A DNA stretch of 64,000 bases, from positions 1 to 64,000 of the forward strand of contig JBOEGF010000018.1 in the NCBI GenBank assembly GCA_050633305.1, in the 5' to 3' direction. The DNA comes from Nannocystales bacterium (GTDB taxonomy: Bacteria; Myxococcota_A; Polyangia; Nannocystales; Nannocystaceae). The notes beneath the pieces are model-generated. The model saw only the letters and a program-made list of their open reading frames with translations, had not been told where the DNA came from and did not search any database. The translations under genes were made by a program, and so were the position numbers. Below are positions 60,548 to 64,000 of this stretch, in pieces (position 1 is the stretch's first letter; each line of letters starts with the position of its first letter).

Positions 60548-61462
60548 TCAGGAGGCCTGTCGTTGTTGTTCGCGTGCGAGCCGTACATGGCCGTGCGCGG
60601 TGAACCAGGCGATCGATTGCTCGAGAGCGGCGGTGACCGAAGTTGCCGGCGGGAGCGAATCGCTGGTTGCGGGTGGAGGTGCTCCGGCGTCGCGGGGATC
60701 GAAGTCTTCGCGGAGGAGCCGGCGCACCCACGGGGTTGCGCTCCCCAGTCGAGAGTTCAGCAGGGCACCTGGTCGTGACCATGGACGCGAGCGCGGACCG
60801 AACCCATCCGCCCACAGCTCGAGCAACTCGCGGGCGTCCAACACCTCTCCGGGGAGCGACCATTCACTGTTGGGTGCAGCGTCGTCGCCCGCCAATCCGG
60901 CGAGTGCGGATACGACATCGGTGGCCGGGACCAGTGCCAACGAACCCGGTACGAAGGTTCGGATGCTGCCCGCGGCGAATCGCAGCATCGCTCGACCGAG
61001 CCAGGACGGGCCGACGTCGCCGGCGCCGACCGGACTGGGGTGACGCAGGACACGGACGTCTTGGCCGGCGGTGCGGGCGCTGGCGATCGCATCCAGCAGG
61101 CCACGACTCGCATCGGGAGCGGGGGAGGTCGGGACTCCCACCACCACGCGCTGCACCCCACCGCGTTGCGCGGCTTCGAGAACGGCGCGCGTGACGTCGG
61201 CGTTGTCGGTTTCCCGATGTCGGGTCGCCCGAGCAGATCCGCTGCTCGGGCCCTGCATCGCGACGTGGAGGATGGTTTCGCAGCCCTCTACGGCCCGGTC
61301 CGCATCCGCGGTGTTACGTAGATCACCGACCACCTCTGCAGCGATGGTTGGGCGACGCGAGATTCGTCGGAGGTCGGAGTTGCCCCACGGGTGTTGCTGG
61401 ATGTGCGTGCCGAGAAGGCTGCGCGCTCCTGCAACGAGGATGGACTTGGATCGAACGGACAT
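60548..61462 (-). CDS. Degenerate NAD-dependent epimerase/dehydratase-like protein
   Basis: ILVAGARSLLG, GDLRN, ILHVA, N...VLEAA, P.GAGD. Confidence 0.6.
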   Translation of the reverse strand: MSVRSKSILVAGARSLLGTHIQQHPWGNSDLRRISRRPTIAAEVVGDLRNTADADRAVEGCETILHVAMQGPSSGSARATRHRETDNADVTRAVLEAAQRGGVQRVVVGVPTSPAPDASRGLLDAIASARTAGQDVRVLRHPSPVGAGDVGPSWLGRAMLRFAAGSIRTFVPGSLALVPATDVVSALAGLAGDDAAPNSEWSLPGEVLDARELLELWADGFGPRSRPWSRPGALLNSRLGSATPWVRRLLREDFDPRDAGAPPPATSDSLPPATSVTAALEQSIAWFTAHGHVRLAREQQRQAS

Positions 61463-61570
61463 CGACGGCGGTGCTGCCTGTTTCGTCGCCGACGACCTGG
61501 TTGTTCCATCCTATTTTCGCGCGGTCGGTAACGTCGGTCCTTCTTGCTTCGAATCTGCGCTCGGGAATCG

Positions 61571-62092
61571 ATGCCCCACGACGAAGATAAGAAGTCCGCG
61601 CCCCGCCCGCTGGGTCGGCGCGCCATGTTGACGCTCGCGGGTACGTTTGGCGTCTATGCGGGACTGACCGCAACACACCGGGGGGAGTTCTGGCCGCTCA
61701 GCATTTTCCCGATGTTCTCGTTGGCGGGGCGGCCATGGCGGCGGGCGCTGATGGTGGCACTGGCTGAACCAGCGGAGGCTTTCGTGTGGACGCCCACGAC
61801 GCTGGAAGCGCTGCCAGGATCTCCGGCGTCGACAACCAGCGTGGGGTTGAGCGCCAACGACATGTCGAAGTTCGTTCAGCTCACCGAGGACTGGGACGCC
61901 GCGCGCGTCGCAACCCTCCGGGAGTTTTGGCAGCCGATGCTCGACGAGGGGGCGACGTTGCTGCTCTATCGGGCCGACGGACACCTCGACGATGACGACG
62001 GCGTGATCACCGAACTGGTGCCGCTGGTCATGCTTCGACCCGAGGGGCACGAGGTCAATCCGAATCTGAACCAGCAGGGGGTCCCAAGTTGA
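61571..62092 (+). CDS. Membrane-anchored hypothetical protein, partner of the HTTM-like gene
   Basis: One TM followed by GEFWPLSIFPMFS. Overlaps the next start. Confidence 0.7.
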   Translation: MPHDEDKKSAPRPLGRRAMLTLAGTFGVYAGLTATHRGEFWPLSIFPMFSLAGRPWRRALMVALAEPAEAFVWTPTTLEALPGSPASTTSVGLSANDMSKFVQLTEDWDAARVATLREFWQPMLDEGATLLLYRADGHLDDDDGVITELVPLVMLRPEGHEVNPNLNQQGVPS

Positions 62093-62994
62093 AGGCTGCA
62101 AGACTCGCCGATCGGCTCGCGACAGAGTTGTTCGATTTCGGTCGGCGTTCGACGCCCGGAGAAGTGCTGTTCGCCCGGATCTTCGAGGTCCTGGTGGTGC
62201 TTTGGACCCTGCAACACTGCTGGGAGTGGGCGCCGTACATCCAGCGGATCGAGGCCGTCGTCCTGCCGCTCGGGTTGGCGAACTACGTCGATGTGTCGGT
62301 CTTCTTCGAAGACGGCTTGTCGTACGGACTGGCGGCGGGTGTGACCCTTGCCCTCGTCGCCGGGTTCTTCCGGTGGACGAAGGCGGCGTACCCGGTCGCG
62401 CTTCTTGGGTTTCATCTGCTGTACGTGTCGCGCTACTCGTTGGGCGAGATCAGCCACGGGTCGAACTTCATCGGCCTCGCGTTGCTGGCATTCGCAATCG
62501 GGACCGTTGCCTTCTCCGACGACGCGACCTCCACGTTCCGTTTTGCGTTCGGGTTCCTCTTCTTCATCTATGGGGTCGGTTACACCTCCGCAGGCGTATG
62601 CAAACTGATCGGAACCGGCCTCGACTGGCCACATCCGGCCCACTTCGCGCTATGGGTCGGTGAGCGAACCGTCGACGTGACGTCGCGCGAGGGGGTGTTC
62701 GAACCGACCGTGCTGCAGCGCATCGGTCTCGCCTACCCGTGGCTGGGGAGTGCCTCGCTCGCGTTCGGTCTGGTGGCGGAGCTGGCCGGGGTCCTGATGT
62801 GGATCCGCCGCTACCGGATGCCCGTCTTGCTCGCACTGCTGGCGATGCACATCGGGGTCGATCTCACGCTCGACATCCTCTTCCTACACAACATCATGAT
62901 CCTCGCGCTGCTGGCCCTGCCGTGGTCGAAGCTGATCGACGCGGCTCTGGTGCGCGTGAGATCGGCCCCGGCCGCGCCGGGCTCCGGCGTGTAG
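62089..62994 (+). CDS. HTTM-like multi-pass membrane protein
   Basis: GEISH, YTSAGVCKL..GLDW, AEL, MHIG. Confidence 0.75.
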   Translation: MKAARLADRLATELFDFGRRSTPGEVLFARIFEVLVVLWTLQHCWEWAPYIQRIEAVVLPLGLANYVDVSVFFEDGLSYGLAAGVTLALVAGFFRWTKAAYPVALLGFHLLYVSRYSLGEISHGSNFIGLALLAFAIGTVAFSDDATSTFRFAFGFLFFIYGVGYTSAGVCKLIGTGLDWPHPAHFALWVGERTVDVTSREGVFEPTVLQRIGLAYPWLGSASLAFGLVAELAGVLMWIRRYRMPVLLALLAMHIGVDLTLDILFLHNIMILALLALPWSKLIDAALVRVRSAPAAPGSGV

Positions 62995-63028
62995 CGTCCG
63001 GATGAGCCCCGAGGAGGGGACAAGGCCC

Positions 63029-63063
63029 AAAAAATGAGGGGCGCTCCAGATGGAGCGCCCCTC
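63029..63063 (-). terminator. Rho-independent terminator of tRNA-Ser
   Basis: Inverted repeat gaggggcgctcca/tggagcgcccctc followed on the minus strand by ATTTTTT. Confidence 0.85.
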
Positions 63064-63066
63064 TTG

Positions 63067-63153
63067 CGGAGTCGGAGGGATTCGAACCCTCGGTACCGTT
63101 TCCAGTACGCAGATTTAGCAAACCTGTGCCTTCAGCCTCTCGGCCACGACTCC
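63067..63153 (-). tRNA. tRNA-Ser(GCT), CCA not encoded
   Basis: GGAGTCG acceptor stem, TGGCCGAGAGG D-arm, ttGCTaa anticodon loop, long variable arm, GGTTCGAATCC. Confidence 0.95.
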
Positions 63154-63250
63154 ACACAAACGCTGCTTTTGGGGGCAGGAACCTAAACCCAACTCCGCTC
63201 GGTTGCAAGCCCGCATTGCACCCGGCGACCGGGAGTCGCACACTGGCTCG

Positions 63251-63994
63251 ATGAGCGAGGTGCCCTCGTCCAAGCCGCGGCTCAGCGGTGCGCTTCTGGA
63301 GGTTGGCCTCGCGATCGCGGGCCTGCTCGCGGGTAGCCTCGTTTTCCTCGTTTTGGGCGTGTTGGGGTTGGTCCCGACCGAAGGGGCGGTTGGGCTCGGC
63401 GCCCGGATGGCCGCCGGCCCGGCAATCACGCTCATCGCAGTGGCGGTCTACCGAAAACTCTCGGGGATCGTCGACGCCAACGATCTTCTGCAGTTCGGGC
63501 CGCCGCCTCCATCGGAAGCGCTGTTTGCGCGGGCGTCGTTCGGTCGCTCGGTTGGCTTCGTGCTCCTGGGGATCGTGGCAGCGATCGGGGGCAGCTTCGT
63601 TCTCGGGCTCGGGCTCGAAGCGTTGGGCGTCGCGGTCGAGGAGCAGGAGGCGATCGTCGAGTTGATCGAGGGGTTCAAGTCCGGCGGCGAGCAGTTGCCG
63701 ATGATTCTCTTGGCGGTGTCCGCGTTGGCGCTCGCGCCGGTGGCCGAAGAACTGCTCTTCCGCCGCATGGTGTTCCGCCGGATCGCCTCGCGCGGTAGCA
63801 GCTGGCCCGAAGCCTACGCGCTGTCCGCGGCCGCGTTCGCTGCGATCCATACCAACCCGGTCGGGTTCTTGGTTTACCTGTGGCTCGGAGTCGTCTTCGC
63901 GGAGTCGTACCGCCGCACGGGTCGAATCTGGGTGGCGATGCTGGTGCACGCCGGGAACAACGCGTTTGCGCTCAGCCTGCTGGTCTGGGGCTGA
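63251..63994 (+). CDS. CPBP/CAAX (Abi) intramembrane protease
   Basis: EELLFR, FAAIH, HAGNN. Confidence 0.9.
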   Translation: MSEVPSSKPRLSGALLEVGLAIAGLLAGSLVFLVLGVLGLVPTEGAVGLGARMAAGPAITLIAVAVYRKLSGIVDANDLLQFGPPPPSEALFARASFGRSVGFVLLGIVAAIGGSFVLGLGLEALGVAVEEQEAIVELIEGFKSGGEQLPMILLAVSALALAPVAEELLFRRMVFRRIASRGSSWPEAYALSAAAFAAIHTNPVGFLVYLWLGVVFAESYRRTGRIWVAMLVHAGNNAFALSLLVWG

Positions 63995-64000
63995 TCCGCA

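Noticed and set aside
63067..63153. tRNA-Ser as an island integration site
   Set aside because: No integrase or duplicated tRNA 3' end was seen, and the terminator follows directly.

Overview
This is a GC-rich window that looks myxobacterial (Nannocystales-like; inferred from its Cys-rich lipoproteins, TSP3-OmpA protein, extended ECF sigma factors and a CglF-like domain). It holds about 52 CDSs and one tRNA-Ser(GCT). I found no CRISPR array, integrase or transposase. The most notable region is a 7.1-kb block (42070-49302) bracketed by a diverged ~134-nt direct repeat. It contains an RNA-repair-type operon (RNA ligase, HD/kinase, second RNA ligase) followed by a T6SS effector cassette (DUF2169, ketoacyl-synthase-like adaptor, DUF4150/PAAR-like effector, SMI1/KNR4-like immunity). 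The effector tip looks like a Zn-deaminase fold with CAA in place of the catalytic [HC]xE. It resembles the uncharacterised N-terminal domain of long RluA pseudouridine synthases. Other oddities are an ECF sigma fused to a CglF/GltF-like gliding peptide, a coupled radical SAM and flavin halogenase pair with no visible substrate genes, and TAnnnT boxes 5-8 nt before many start codons (possible leaderless mRNAs). There are also two HTTM-partner modules, a four-ATPase UvrA-like protein, an atypical LigA and a 29-nt extragenic repeat. All family calls come from motif recognition by eye, not database searches.
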